64,000 nt of DNA, from contig CM119269.1 in assembly GCA_051294375.1 (NCBI GenBank), positions 4,369,673-4,433,672 on the forward strand. The letters are read 5' to 3'. Within the stretch, counting starts at the first letter, position 1. Each line of letters begins with the position of its first letter. The DNA comes from Paraspadella gotoi. Lineage: Eukaryota > Animalia > Chaetognatha. Below the pieces are notes generated by a model. That model worked only from the letters and a program-made list of their open reading frames with translations, was not told where the DNA came from and ran no database searches. Of this stretch, positions 27,596-40,169 are shown one piece after another. The translations under genes and the position numbers were made by a program.

Positions 27596-28968
27596 CACTT
27601 CATCGAAATATTTTTTTTATCAATAAGCGTTTTAGTTCATCGTACAAAAATAATATATGCTTTTAATTAATTAGGGACTATCATCGGAAACCTCTCAAGG
27701 CAATATCAGTTGTCAAAAAATCTTTCTTAGGAGATATAATGCTTTTCTCTATTTCAGACGTTCACGTTGCGAGGCTATTATTCTGGAACTTTATGATGAA
27801 TTTACTTTTTTTTTTAAATCTTGATAAACCAACTGGATACCTAGCATGGTATTAAATTATCAAATTCCTGTTCTAATTAAATGTTTTACTTGTATTCTGA
27901 TTTTTTGAAAACTAGCTAAATATATAGGGGAATCATGGGGAATCACTACCATTCTAATTTACAATATAATGATTAATATTATAATGGACTTGATAGTATT
28001 TCGGGATTTCATCGCGCATCGATCGCGGAAAATGAGTAATGCCAAAATGATTGTCCAAAATTAATTTTTTTTCTAAACACTTCGATAAGAACCATTTACT
28101 AAGTAACTTATTTTTTAACTGCGATTTGGAAAGTGGTTAGAAAAACTAAATTGTCTCATGCTGCGAGACTTCAGAGTCAGCATCGGGATCGACAAAAAAT
28201 GAGGATATTGGGTTAGGGTTTCGGGTAGGATAAGTTAGATTAGCGGATAGAGATTAGGTTAGGATTAGTGTTAGAAGATTAGGGTTAGGATTTAGGTTAG
28301 GATTAGGGTTTTAGGGATTAGTTGTTGTCTTTCCCTACGCGTTATAGATACTCTCAGAAGGGTGAGCAACTGACGGAAAACCCCGCTCATCACTACTTTT
28401 ACAATAAAAAAATGTGGCTTGCTGGGTTGTGTCTCATCGGTCGGATGAAGATCGACAGAAAACAACGACGATAATTTGAAATTTTTCGACATGGAGGAAA
28501 CACAGTTTGTAAAAATATTGATTAGAAATTTGACATAATGTTTTCTTTAAAAGAAGGAAAATGCTTAAAAAAAACCATAAGTTTGTAAACTTCAAAATTA
28601 ATAATTTTTACTCAATCTCTATTTTGAGGACCCTCCTCTTTTATCAAAAAATAGTAGTTAAAAAACACGTTAGTACTATCATTAACTTCCTCGCTTAACT
28701 GGTATCTGAATTCAAATTGCTCTTTTAAACTTTTGTTTTATCGTATTAGAGGCAAAAAAATTAAAAAAAAAGCTAAAAAAAATGCGCGTAGCTTCGGTTA
28801 TCTTTAGAATCGTAAAAAAATCAAATTTTACGATTTTTGTCCTTTTTGGAAATATTAAGATAGTTTACGGAAAACTCTAAAGTTTTCAAGAAATACCTCT
28901 GGTTAAGCTATCCGAATATTGCCGATTATAAATTTTTCCGATTTTAACGTTCACTTCGATTCATAGTG
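27596..28968. mobile_element. Non-autonomous Transib-like DNA transposon
   Basis: Ends CACT(T)CATCGAA ... TTCGATTCATAGTG (the right end reads CACTATG inward). 5-bp TSD CGCGG at 27591-27595 and 28969-28973; exact empty site at 22148-22166. Confidence 0.75.
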
Positions 28969-31900
28969 CGCGGTCGCCTGCTCTTTGAAATCCGCCACGG
29001 TCCTCTGCCCATTTTACAACTTTATTTTATTTATATCTATGGAATTGATCTTAATTTTTTACTTAAAATTCACAATGGTTTAATTTATCTTCGTTTGTAA
29101 AAAAAAAATATTATGAGCGAGGGTCATTGAGAGGAAATATCGAGAGAAAAAAGCCTGGGCGCAGTTTCGTCGTCCCAATCTCTAAAATACAGTTACAACC
29201 TAAGCATCCTCTTAAAACCACATAAGTTTTGTTGTTAATTTAAAGCGGAAGGATCTTTTTCGATCTTCGTTTATCTGACTGCTTGGGCGGGAAACGAAAA
29301 AAAATCCACCTTTTCACCTCGAGCAAAAAAAAAAACACAAAAGACTAACGTTTTTCTTTTTTATTTCTCCATGCGAGAACAATCGATTCACGATCAAATT
29401 CTTTTTTTTTCTTTTTCTTTTTGAAACTACCTTCTTCCTTCCCTTTCGCCCGATTCCCTTTTGTTTTTCACATTTTCACTTCCCTGCTCATTCGAAAATT
29501 AATTTCGAGCGAATCGCAACTTTACCATGCTGGTGTTTTTTGTGGTTTTTTTTTTTTTGTTTTTTTTTTTTTGTCTGATTGTTTGCGCTTTGCGATAAGT
29601 CTTTTTTTAAAAACATAAAGAAGCCGTTAAAATATCGGGAAGACCCGTAATATAAAATTTCACTCGTACTAAGGCCACGCTGGAGTTTTTTCCGGNNNNN
29701 NNNNNNNNNNNNNNNNNNNNCTTACGCATGCTTTTTCCCAGTTTTACTTTTCCAACGCTTGCTTCTCCCCTTTATAATAATCCACATTCGGCCATCTTTT
29801 AACCCTTAACTCCCTGCCCAGCCCCCCTCCGCCTCCCACCCTCAATGCCAGATTCTTCCCCAAATTTGATCGATTATCTCCTTAGACTGAAAAGTCTCAC
29901 GGACTCACTCCTTGGCCTCCAGCGCCAGAGTTCGAGGGCCTCGCCCTCTTTTCGATTTAATCTTTCAGAGTTATTGCGAGCTCGTCTCTCGTCTCTCACT
30001 CGTCAGTGACGTCACTCGTGACTCGTTCTGATTTGGGGTCAGTGAGATCACGAACTCAGTGACTCATCTGGTCAGTCATGGCGACATCCTCGTCTCCCGT
30101 TCTCGCAGGGATCGCGATGTTCTTCTGTTCTACTAACTTTTAAAAATATTTAAATACAATATCACCCAATGGTACTGTCCGTTAAATTTTACATATCGTG
30201 CGAAACTGTGTCGTTAAATCTTATATCTAACTTAACTAAGTTCTTACCATTTATGATACTATATTTAAAATCTAATTTTTATAATTTTTTCTTTACAAAA
30301 CAGTAAATTTAAATGAGTCCTAGTTTTTTACTCTCTTAATTTTTAGATTATGGTTTGCATAGTTGTTTTATATTTTAAAATACATTTTATTAAAATAATT
30401 ATCAAAACAAAATTATTTTAAATTTCTATAAATTATTAAAATTTTAATATTGCATAAAGTAAGCTCATTGATGAAAAGAAAAATGCATATATTTAAAAAA
30501 AAATTAATAAAAATATGCTAATTATTTTAACATTTAAATTTTGTTAGTATTTCAAGTTGTGAGCGATTGAATCATTAATCAAGAACAAACTGGAACTATG
30601 GGAAAATTCATAGTACATCTCACTTTCGTTATTTTCCTTCTATCCTCGTGTCATTTAAATTTAGAAATGAATAAAAATATTTCTTTTTATACTATAAACA
30701 CTTACCTACTATAGAGAGGGTGGAGAGAAATAGGACGACGAGGACGACGATCGTATTCGATTTCATGTTGGACGACGATATCTTCATTCTTCGATCTTTT
30801 AGTCTTTTCTTCTTTCTTCGGTTCTCGGTTTCACGTTTTTTTAAAAAAAAACTGTTTTGGTATCAGTTTCTTTTCTTTTGGTTTCTTTGTTTTGTTCGTC
30901 TTCGACGATCATTTGATAAATAATACGTCAAAAATGTCTCCATTAGAAGACTTATAGGACCCAAAATCAGGAGGTACTTGGAGGTAATTTATAATTCCAT
31001 TATAAATTTAACCAGTTCAATGTAAAACGCATGGGCATTACATCTGTATTAAGTTACTTTGTTCACGCAATGTCATGGTCCATCCAGGATAGAAATAAAA
31101 ATCGTTTTTCAATATCCTCTTCGCTAAAAAATATTCAGATCTTTTTTGCCACAGTAAAGACGTTAACCGGCAAAAAAAAAAAATCGTAATTTATACTTGA
31201 GAAAACCAGAACCTGCAAGTTCAAGGTATTGCGCAAAAGTGACCTTTTTATATACATTTACATTCAAATGACAATATAATTTCATAATAATAAAACATAT
31301 ACTTCATAAGCAGTTTATAGTTTATCTCTTCTCTGTAAATATTTAACCAAAATAACTAAGCGTTATATGAAAAAAGCTTACTATGTAGTAAATATGGTTA
31401 GTGCATTGGTTAGTGAACTAGTATAAAACATATGCAAATTATAGAGTCAGCTTACTGTATAACAAAGTGACTTATAGACTTTCTCCGCGAGTAAAAAAAG
31501 AAGATTAATTAAACCAGCGAGCGTTTGAATTCCGAGGCTCTTCGCGATTATCTTGTTTTTTTGTTTTTGTTTTGTTTTCCTTTTCTATTTTGGAGGGTGG
31601 GGGTGATTCTTAGGAAATATTCTGAAACCGACTTGAGAAAATTCATGTTAATTGAAAACGTGAACGTCAGAGAATTTGAGAAGTAGAGAGACTTAATGGG
31701 AGAGAGACTTAATGGGAAAGAGACTTAATGGGAGGCGAAATGGAAAGAGTGAAAAAAATTACATAGGAAGAGGATTTGATTTACCGTAGGAAAAGAGGGA
31801 TTTGGAATTTTGGAGAGATAAACATGAGAAAATTAAAGAAAGAAAGAAAGAAAGAAAGAACGAAAGAAAGAGAAATGGAAAGAAAGTAAAATGAGAGATA

Positions 31901-32083
31901 AAAATGAATAAAGAAAACAGAAAGAACAGAAATAATGAAAGAGAGAAAATAGATGAAGTGAAGAAAAAAAAAAGGAGAAATTGAGGAATAAAGGTGGCGA
32001 CGTGCCGTGCTCGCCAGTCGCCTCAATACTCTATATTCCAATAAAAGGCGACTGCGTCGGCCGACCTTAAGTCTTCGCCGCGC

Positions 32084-32490
32084 TTTTTAGTTGCGCCGCG
32101 AGTACACGCGGAGCAACTCTATAAGTCACTTTTCGGTCGGTCTGTCGGTCGGTCGGTATGTCTGTCCGTCGGTCTGTCCCACTTACGTTAAAATGCATAT
32201 AATTTGCCTATAATATAATATAATATATAATATAATATATAATATATAATTTGCTCTTTTGTTAACAGAATAAAACCTCAAATCTGAGGGACTGCTGCTA
32301 GTGCCTAAAACTAAAAAGAAATAAAAGACGGAATTTTGATGCAGTGCATGTCATAAATATACGGGCTAAGAAAGTTATTGTAGTCATGTAGTCAGTTTAT
32401 CTCACGTCTCGTCATGTCATGTCATGTCACGAGAAACACACGTGATAAGGCAGTCACTGCGACGCAACACATTTGAATTACCGTTCTTGT
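32084..32490 (+). mobile_element. HINE family A copy
   Basis: Same termini and internal blocks as 2842-3187. Confidence 0.75.
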
Positions 32491-33437
32491 ACTTTAAAAA
32501 AAAAGCCTGGAAATTTTAAAGCGGAAAGCCCTAAATTTCCACGAGCCACCCGGGTACCCCCCATGTCTTCCTCTTTCACTTTGAAATTTCTCAAACTATT
32601 TCTCCGCCCGAACATAACGGAACATGCCCTAACTCTATCCCTTGTACTTTCTTCGTCGCCGTAGTGATTTCGGATATTCCTCGATCGCGGATTTCAGAGA
32701 CAGGCGCGTCAAAACGACTTTTGATGGCCGAGGAAAAGTAACGATTGCAAAGTACCGTCCGCAATGAATGAATATTAAATATGCCCTTTGCCAAGAGAAA
32801 CTCTTCACGTGTCGGTCGTTAATAATGAATTCCCGAATCGGACCCAATTTTGCTCACAAAGCCGGCAAAAATCAGCGGACGAAAGAGTGAACGAAACGAA
32901 AACAAGAAGAAACAAAAAAAGCAAAGAACAAAACTGCAAAAAACAAACCATGGCAAACGGCCATGGGCGCAATAACTTCATGAAAAACGCAAATTGTTGG
33001 AGCAAATAGAAGCAAAAAAAAAAAAAAATATCAAGTTACTTTGGATGAAATAAGATCATTTGTTTTATAGACTCGTGTGACGGCCGCGAGAAATATCGAT
33101 TTTGTTACGCCAATTCTACGAAGAGAAAAAGGAAAAAAGCAAAAAAAATCGTCCTTCGACGTTTTTACTTGATTTCACCTGGCGGTTGAAAAAAAAAAAA
33201 GAAATGCGGTGAAAATGTTGCAAAGGAACGGAGCTCAAGAAACCAATAAACTAGGTTTGAAGAAAATTATCCGTTTACGTTTACGTTTACGCCTACTTTG
33301 GATATAGAAATAATAAATAAAATAAAAAAATTAATATAATACCTCTTTATTTACCCTTCGAAGCAAAATAAAGGAGTAAACTTGGATATAGAGAGCAAAA
33401 CCCCCCAAGGACCCCTCCTGAAGACTAAAAGACGGGG

Positions 33438-33963
33438 CAAGAAGTTGTACAAGAAGTCGAAAAGTTTGATCAGACAATGCCAGATCATGCGAGTAAACAT
33501 TTATCGGTTAAGCATTTATCGAGGATGATGAAATACATCTCTTCTTATAGTAATTAAAAAACTTTTTAAACGTATCAATGTTATGAATAAGATAGTTTTG
33601 TGAGAGACCTTAATCTCGCCTCGCGGTATCAACAGAAAAAGAATTTTGGCACTTTTTTTCCCTTCAAACTCATTTTCCACCCTGATATTCCAACGAAAAA
33701 CTTAATTTCTAGCTAAAATACACACATCTTTTTTACGCATAAAAAAATTTTGAAGTTCAATCGCCCGTCCACTCATGAATAATTTGCGTCCAAAGTTAAG
33801 ACAGACAGACAGAAAGAACAGACATTATTTTTTTTTGCATAATTTATTATGTATTATCTGAGATGATCTAAGACATATTCCCTGAGAGACTTTTGCGGGT
33901 GAGATCGACGATCAAAAAAGTTGGATTGGTACAGCCGGAATCTGTAGATTCCGGCTAAAAAAG
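33438..33963 (-). mobile_element. Second Helentron/DINE-1-like family (B)
   Basis: On the minus strand: T-run, hairpin AGCCGGAATC-TACA-GATTCCGGCT, (CTGT)n tract and end ...CTTCTTGTACAACTTCTTG. Other copies are split across 42084-42440 plus 41572-41727, and noisy at about 60553-60950. Confidence 0.55.
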
Positions 33964-34309
33964 CAAGCTGTAACCGAAAAGAATAGAGGAAAGGCCAGAA
34001 AAAAAAAGCGCCCCGAATCTGAGAAGAAATCGACGACGGAAAGAGTTAAACTAAGACGCAAAGCAAAAGAATCTTTTTTTTAGTGGGAGGGGGTGGGTTG
34101 AGCGAAGTTGAAAAAAAGAGGGACAGCAAAGTCTTCAGATAAAATCCGGGGAACCACGATATGCGAATCGTCTGTTCAGACGCGATGTGCCGTCACGTTC
34201 GTGGAAAACTGGCTTCCGTCGCCCGCTCGGCGTCTCGCTCTCTATTCTCTCTTCCTCGGACTTTTTGAAAAAATGAGACTCCGTTCCCGCCGCTAACTTG
34301 CAACTTTTA

Positions 34310-36030
34310 TGGCCTCTCCCGCTTCTTAACTTCTTCTTCTCCTTTTTCTCCGCCCTCCTACTCCAATCCTTCTTCTCCTCAATCTCCTTCTTCTCCTTCT
34401 TCTCCCTTCTTCTCCCTCTTCTCCTTCTTTCTCCTTCTTTCATTCCCTTCTCCTTCTTCTCCTTCTTCTCCTCCCTTCTCCTTCTTCTCCTTCTACTCCT
34501 ACTCTCCTTCTTCTCACTATTCGGCCATTCTCGTCCTTTCTCCTTTCTCCTCCTTCTCCTTCTACTCCTTACTTTCTCCTTCTTCTCCTAATCTACTCCT
34601 TCTTCTCGTTCTTTTTCTTCTTCTCCTCTTCTCCTTCTACTCCCCTTCTACTCATTTTCTCTTCTCCTCTTCCCTTCCTCTGCCTTCTTCTCCTTTTCTC
34701 CTAAATCTACTCCTCCTTCTTCCCTTCTTCTCCTTTCTACTCCTTCTTCTCCCTCTTCTCCCTCTTATCTCCTTCTTCTTCCTTCCTTTCTCCTGTCTTC
34801 TCGCTTACTTTTCCTTCTTCTCCTCTTCTCCTTACTTCTCCTTCTTCTCCTACTTCTCCTTCTACTCCTTCTTCTCCTTCTTCCTTCTCTCGCTCGCTTC
34901 CCTTCTAACTCCTACTTACTCCTCTTCTCCTTCTATCCTATCTTTCTCTTCTTTATCTTCTTCTCCTTCTTCCTTCTACTCCTTCTTCTCCTTCTATCTC
35001 CTCTACTCCTTCTATTTATTTCTTCTCCTTCTTCTCCTCCTTCTCCTTGCTCTACTCCTACTCTCTCCTTCTTCTCTTCTACTCCTTCTTCTTCATGTCC
35101 TCTTCTTCTTCATCAACATTCTTTCTCCTTCGTGAGCGTGCCAATTCTTCTCCTTCTTCTCCTTCAAACTCTTCTATTTCTTCTTTCTCCTTCTTCTCCT
35201 TCTTCATCCTTCTTTACTCCGCCTTCTCCTTCTTTCTTTATCCTTCTTCTCTTTCTTTTCCTCCTTCTCCTTCTTCGCCTCCTTGTCCTTTCTCCTTCTT
35301 CTCCTTCTTCTCCTTCTCTCCTCCTTTCTCCTTCTTCTAACCTCTTCTTCTCTTTTCTTCGTCTCTCCTTCTCCTTCTACTCCTACTTCTCCTTCTTTCT
35401 CCTTTCTACTCCTCTTCTCCATTTCTTCTTCTTGCGTCCTCTTGCGTCGCTTCTTCTCCTTCTCCGCTTCGTGTCTGCCTCCTTCTCCTCTCTTCTCCTT
35501 CTTCTCCTTCTTCTCCTCCTTGTCCTTCTTCTCCTTCTTCTCCTTCTTCTTCTCCTTTCTTCTCCTCCTTCTCCTTCTTCTCCTTCTTCTCCTTCTCCTT
35601 CTTCTCCTCCTTTCCTTCTTCTCCTCCTGTCCTTCTTATCCTTCTTCTCTTCTTCTCTCCTTCTCTTCTTCTCCTTCTTCTCTCTTCTCCCCGCTTCCCT
35701 AATCTACTCCACTTCCCTTCTTTCCTTCTACTCCTTCTTCTCATTCTTTTCTTCTGTCTCCTTCTTCTCCTTCTTCTCCATTCTCTCCAATACTCTCTTC
35801 TCCTTCCCCTCTACTCCCTCACGCTTCTCCTTCTTCTGCCTTCTAACGCCTATCTTCTCATTGCTTTCTTCTTCTCCTTCTTTCTCTCCGGTTCGTTCTC
35901 AACATTACTTCTCCTCCTTCTCCCTTCTCACTCCCTACTTCTCCTCTTCTCCTTCTACTAACACTTCTTTCTCATTTCTTTCTTCTTCTTCCTTTCTTCT
36001 CTGCGTCTTCTCCTCCCCTTCCTCTCCCCC
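34310..36030. repeat. 1.7-kb (CTT/CTC)n polypyrimidine tract
   Basis: Direct reading; it is the source of many spurious F/S/L ORFs. Confidence 0.95.
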
Positions 36031-36419
36031 CCAAAAAAAAAATAATTAAAATACCAAGAATTTGGATTGTTCGTTTTGTGTTGTTTTTTTTTTTTTTTTT
36101 TTCTTTTTTAAATTTAAACTGAATATCATTGACAAATTCTTCCTTGAGATATCATTTATACTTTAAATCAATAACAAGAAAAAAATATGATGTGGAAAAG
36201 AGATAATACAACCAACTCGATGATAACCAACTCAACTCCGAAGAATGTTCTCTTTTTTATTGAAATATCCCATCCATTCCTTCCGTTCATTTCGATCTTC
36301 TCATTCTACTTCTCATCTTCGTTCAACTTCAAAGAAAACTCAATCCAACTCCGGCACGCCCACAACGTCTCTCTCTCTCTTCTCACCGTTCGCAAAAATC
36401 GGGCTCCCGTTGGAGGGGC

Positions 36420-36552
36420 GTGGCCCCGTCCGGCTTGTATCGTTTCGTCGTCGCGAGGCGGACTGCTCGTCTCGTGCCGGGCGGACCGAAGCCGTCGCCG
36501 CTCTAGAACCTCGGAAGGTCGATATCCCCTTCTACGATCGGATCTTTCAACA
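36420..36552 (+). CDS. Probable exon at the N-terminal edge of a NIDO-like domain (5' boundary uncertain)
   Basis: With frameshifts reads LYRF...LVPG.EAVAALEPRKVDIPFYDRIFQ, resembling LYPFG...DD...FPFYG, and ends at CA|GTGAGT. A noisy reverse copy lies at about 59080-59430. Confidence 0.4.
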
Positions 36553-37094
36553 GTGAGTTCGTCGCTCTTATAAATGTGTTCACAGGAATACAGGGATGTT
36601 GGAAGCCACCCAATTTTGTTTCGCTTCGCAAAAAGCTCCGGCTCCAGCTCCAGGCCCAAATTTTTTTCCAGGCTCCAGCTCCGGCTCGGCTCCAAGCAAA
36701 ATTTTAATCTCTCCTCGGCTCCGGGCTCCGGCTCCGGCTGCCAGCAAAACCGATTTCAACTCGGGCGTCCGGCTTCCAAGGCTCCAAACTCCGGGCTCCA
36801 TTACTATAATATAATTAAAATAACGAATTAAATATTCATGAGTATTATTCTATTAATCATTATAAGTTAATATTTTGATTATATATATTTATTTAATATA
36901 AATAATAATATATAATATTCCAAATTTATAAATGAAAAATACTATATATATAATGAAAATATATTTTAAAAGTATTAGGAATGATAGCAAAATATTTTTT
37001 TTACTTTTTTGGTATATCCTCACTCTTTGGTAATTTAACTGTGAATGTATATTTAGCATTCTCGTTAAAAGTGATTTACTTAAAAACGCAGATT

Positions 37095-37835
37095 ATGGTT
37101 AGGGTTTTAGGGTTAGATTAAGGGTTGAGTGGTTTGGTTTAGGGTTAGGGTTGAGTGATAATAATTAAGGTTTAGGGTTGAGTAGCTTAGGTAAGGTTTG
37201 AGTAAGTTAAGGTTAATGGTTAGGTTAATGTCAATTTAAGGCTTAAAAGATAAACAGAAAGCCGGTATTAGGGTTAAGGAGTTACTGGCAATGGATATTA
37301 GAGATTTAAGTTGAGGGTATTGAATATATATGAGGGAGGGCCCAGGTCCCGGGTTAAGGTAGGGTAAGGAGAGAGATGGAGAATTGAATGGGAGGCCTGG
37401 GTATAGGGTAGGGGAGAGGCTTACTGTTGATGCATCCAAAGAGCGAAGTTAGGTTAGGGCAAAGAGGGAGTTGAGGAACATAGAGTATATGGGGAAGCCC
37501 AGGCCCCGAGGTTTAGAGTCCCTAGAGTTGCGAGAAAAGCATAGAGATTGAACGGGAGGCTCGGGTTAGGGGAAAAGTCCATGCGTTGATGCATCGAAGG
37601 CAGTTAGGGTTGGGTTGAGGCCACAGAGATTTACTGGAGGCCAGGCCTAGGTTAGGATTAGAGAAGGAAAGAATGGAGTTGAACAAGAGCCCGGGGTTAA
37701 GGGTGGAGGTTAGGAAGCCCACAGAAAGGTTAAACGTTGAGCAGGCAAATGAAATGTATGGAGGAGGAGGCCTAGTTAGGTGGAAAAAAAAGCATGGAGA
37801 TGTACGGGAGACTTGGGTATAGGGTTTAGTTTTAA
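37095..37835 (+). repeat. Degenerate TTAGGG-like tract (similar patches at 1940-2070, 19600-19690, 28210-28320, 62920-63615)
   Basis: Repeated gggttag/ggttaag motifs, mostly inside mobile elements. Confidence 0.7.
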
Positions 37836-38164
37836 GGAAGAGCCCACAGGTGATGTATTTTCCCCATGTCTACAACTTCAGCCACAAAGCTTTTCCTTTA
37901 ACTTGCGCCTTTTTGATTATATGCCATAATACTTATTAATTAATGCCCGCCCAATGAGGGGTCAACAGTGAAGGTATTGGTGACACAACCGGCTATTTGC
38001 TTGATATTGCCATAGTGAAAGTCGCCAATTCGCGAACGTAGCCCAACAACAATTGGACTCATGCTGTGGAGATGCGGGCCCCGGCGGCAACATTGATATA
38101 TTGAATTAAACTTACAACCTAGAGTTGGGTTGTGAAGTCAGAATAACAAAAAGCCTGGAAATTA

Positions 38165-40169
38165 CAAGGTGACACACAACGGCCCGCCCGGAAAAAAAAA
38201 TTGTTTCTATTTGCTCAATTTGTGAGGAATATTTTTAATCTAAAAGATTTTTTCTATAGTAAAACCTTAAATCATTTATATATCCTATTGGGACTAAAAT
38301 CCACCAACCGATTCATCAGCGGCCCATTGGTGCCGAGAAGCAAGTCATTCGCCTACACCCAAAGCGTTCCGGGGTTCTAGCCCGGTGATCCCGTCTGCAG
38401 GGTTAAGAGGGACGGAGCGCTTACCCGCCTGTAACTCGGTGTTACAGGCCTGATCCGAAGCTAGGGAACTGCATATATTGAACGGTTCTGTCAACTTAAC
38501 TCATGAACAAGTTAATTGTACTGATCTCTTCATTGGTGGCCACACCGACTTCCGAACACAACACCAACAACACTTTTCAGGCGACAATGCCTCTAACCTG
38601 GCGATGCACTTTCGGACCACAAAACCACGATCAGGCGACACCCTGCCTCAAAAACTTGGTAAAACGAACTTATCAAAACCAACAACAACAATTCACTGAA
38701 GTGACGCCACAGACTTCTCCCTACGGGAGGGGGGGAATGAATAAAATGTGGACTAAAATCACCAAACCGTTCAAATTCAGCGGCCATTGTGCCGGAGGCA
38801 AGTCATTCGCCTCCCAACCCAAAAGGTCCGGGGTTCTAGGCCCGAGTGGTCGTCTGGCAGTTTAAATGACGGCGGGCGCTTAACGCCTGGTAACTTCTTG
38901 GTATCTTGTTGCAGGCCTGATCGAAGGCTCAAGTACGTCTTATATTGAACTCGGTTCTGTCACTAACTCATACAATAATTAACTGTCTCTTCAATCCAAA
39001 TTTTATTTGATTGGTTATGATTTGACTCAGCAATAACCAGGAAAATAAGTTGCATTTAAAAAATGTGTCTTTCGAATTTTAATAACAAAATTTAATATTA
39101 TTTTTTTGTTCTAACTTTAGTATTAACATTTTTTAAAACTTTAATCTTTATGTTTTTTGAAATATTTAAAGATAAAACGAAAATTCATTATTTGACAACA
39201 TATTTATGTTTTTATTTAAATTTGGATATGTTTTGACTCGGATAATAACTTTTGATCTTCATCAGCATTTAAAACCTTTTACCAAAACTTCAATGTATTT
39301 TAAAAACTTGAAACGTTTGGTGGAATTTAAATGGCTGGATGAAGACTATGAAAGTCCTAGAGATGGAAACCTCCGTCCGTTTAAATAAAAAACAAATCAT
39401 TGTTATCAGAGATGAACAAATTTTTTGTCTTCTCGCTCCAAATAAGAACTTTTATATTAAAAAGTATCATATTACTATCTTCTGAAAGCTCTTTAAAAAT
39501 CTTTTAAAATAATATATAAGAATTGAACATAAAATAAGCCTAACCACTTTGTATAATTAGATAATCCAGAAAAATGAAATAATAAAATCCTAAAATAATT
39601 TTTAATATAACTGACCTATTTACTATAATCTTAAACCAATTTTTGCTTTATATATAGTTACCTCTCATAAAGATCTGTAATGAAAACTAATATTTAAAAT
39701 ATGAATCAATCAAATTATTAATCCCTTATGTCAAAACTGCTCTTTCAAAAATTTTATTATTATAATTATCCTTTAAGCATCAGGGATAGGCTAATTTAAA
39801 TATGGAGAAATATAGTATTTTTAATATATGTTCAATCTCTTTATATTTTCAGGAGAACTTCAGAAGTGATTAATATGATTAACCTTTTTAATATAAAAAG
39901 TTGTAAAAAATAGTTTTAAAAAGTTTTAAATAAAACAAATTGAAAAAAAATGGAGTTAAAAAAATGAAACACAATTTTAAAGACAACTTTTCTCTGCTTT
40001 AAGTACCAGTTCAAATCAAAACCAATCATATAAAATTTTTGAGATAAATAGACTGACTTTAGGTAATTTTATTACAGAAAAAATGTATTCAAATGAAAAA
40101 AAAATTTTACAAATTTGCAAATGACAATTTTTTTAACGGCAGAATCTTACCACATGATGTGTCACCTTG
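38165..40169. mobile_element. Tc1/mariner-type non-autonomous foldback element (copy at 43064-45043)
   Basis: TA|CAAGGTGACAC ... GTGTCACCTTG|TA, imperfect TIR of about 75 bp, and further internal inverted arms (about 39000-39070 vs 39965-40045; 39440-39530 vs 39825-39905). Confidence 0.7.
38286..38993 (+). mobile_element. TRIM (mini LTR retrotransposon) with tRNA-derived sequence in both LTRs
   Basis: Two direct repeats of about 245 bp ending CTTCA. PBS-like TGGTG...CCGAC follows the first; PPT GGGAGGGGGGGAA (38725-38737) precedes the second; ATCC on both flanks. Each repeat has a tRNA-like TCGCCT(C)CCA ... GGTTCTAGCCC segment. Confidence 0.75.

Noticed and set aside
34298-36049. Long ORFs (up to 305 aa) rich in L/S/F/P or R/E/K
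   Set aside because: Translations of the (CTT/CTC)n tract, open in many frames and with no domain.
36596-36814. APAPAP/GSGS ORFs
   Set aside because: Translations of the hAT sub-terminal (GGCTCC)n array.
37095-37835. True telomere or chromosome fusion site
   Set aside because: Highly degenerate, internal to a transposon, and no head-to-head perfect arrays.
38780-38855. Functional tRNA gene or twister ribozyme
   Set aside because: The D and anticodon arms are degenerate and the segment sits within an LTR. The ccggggttctagcccgg hairpin is better explained as a T arm/B box; the other twister elements were not found.
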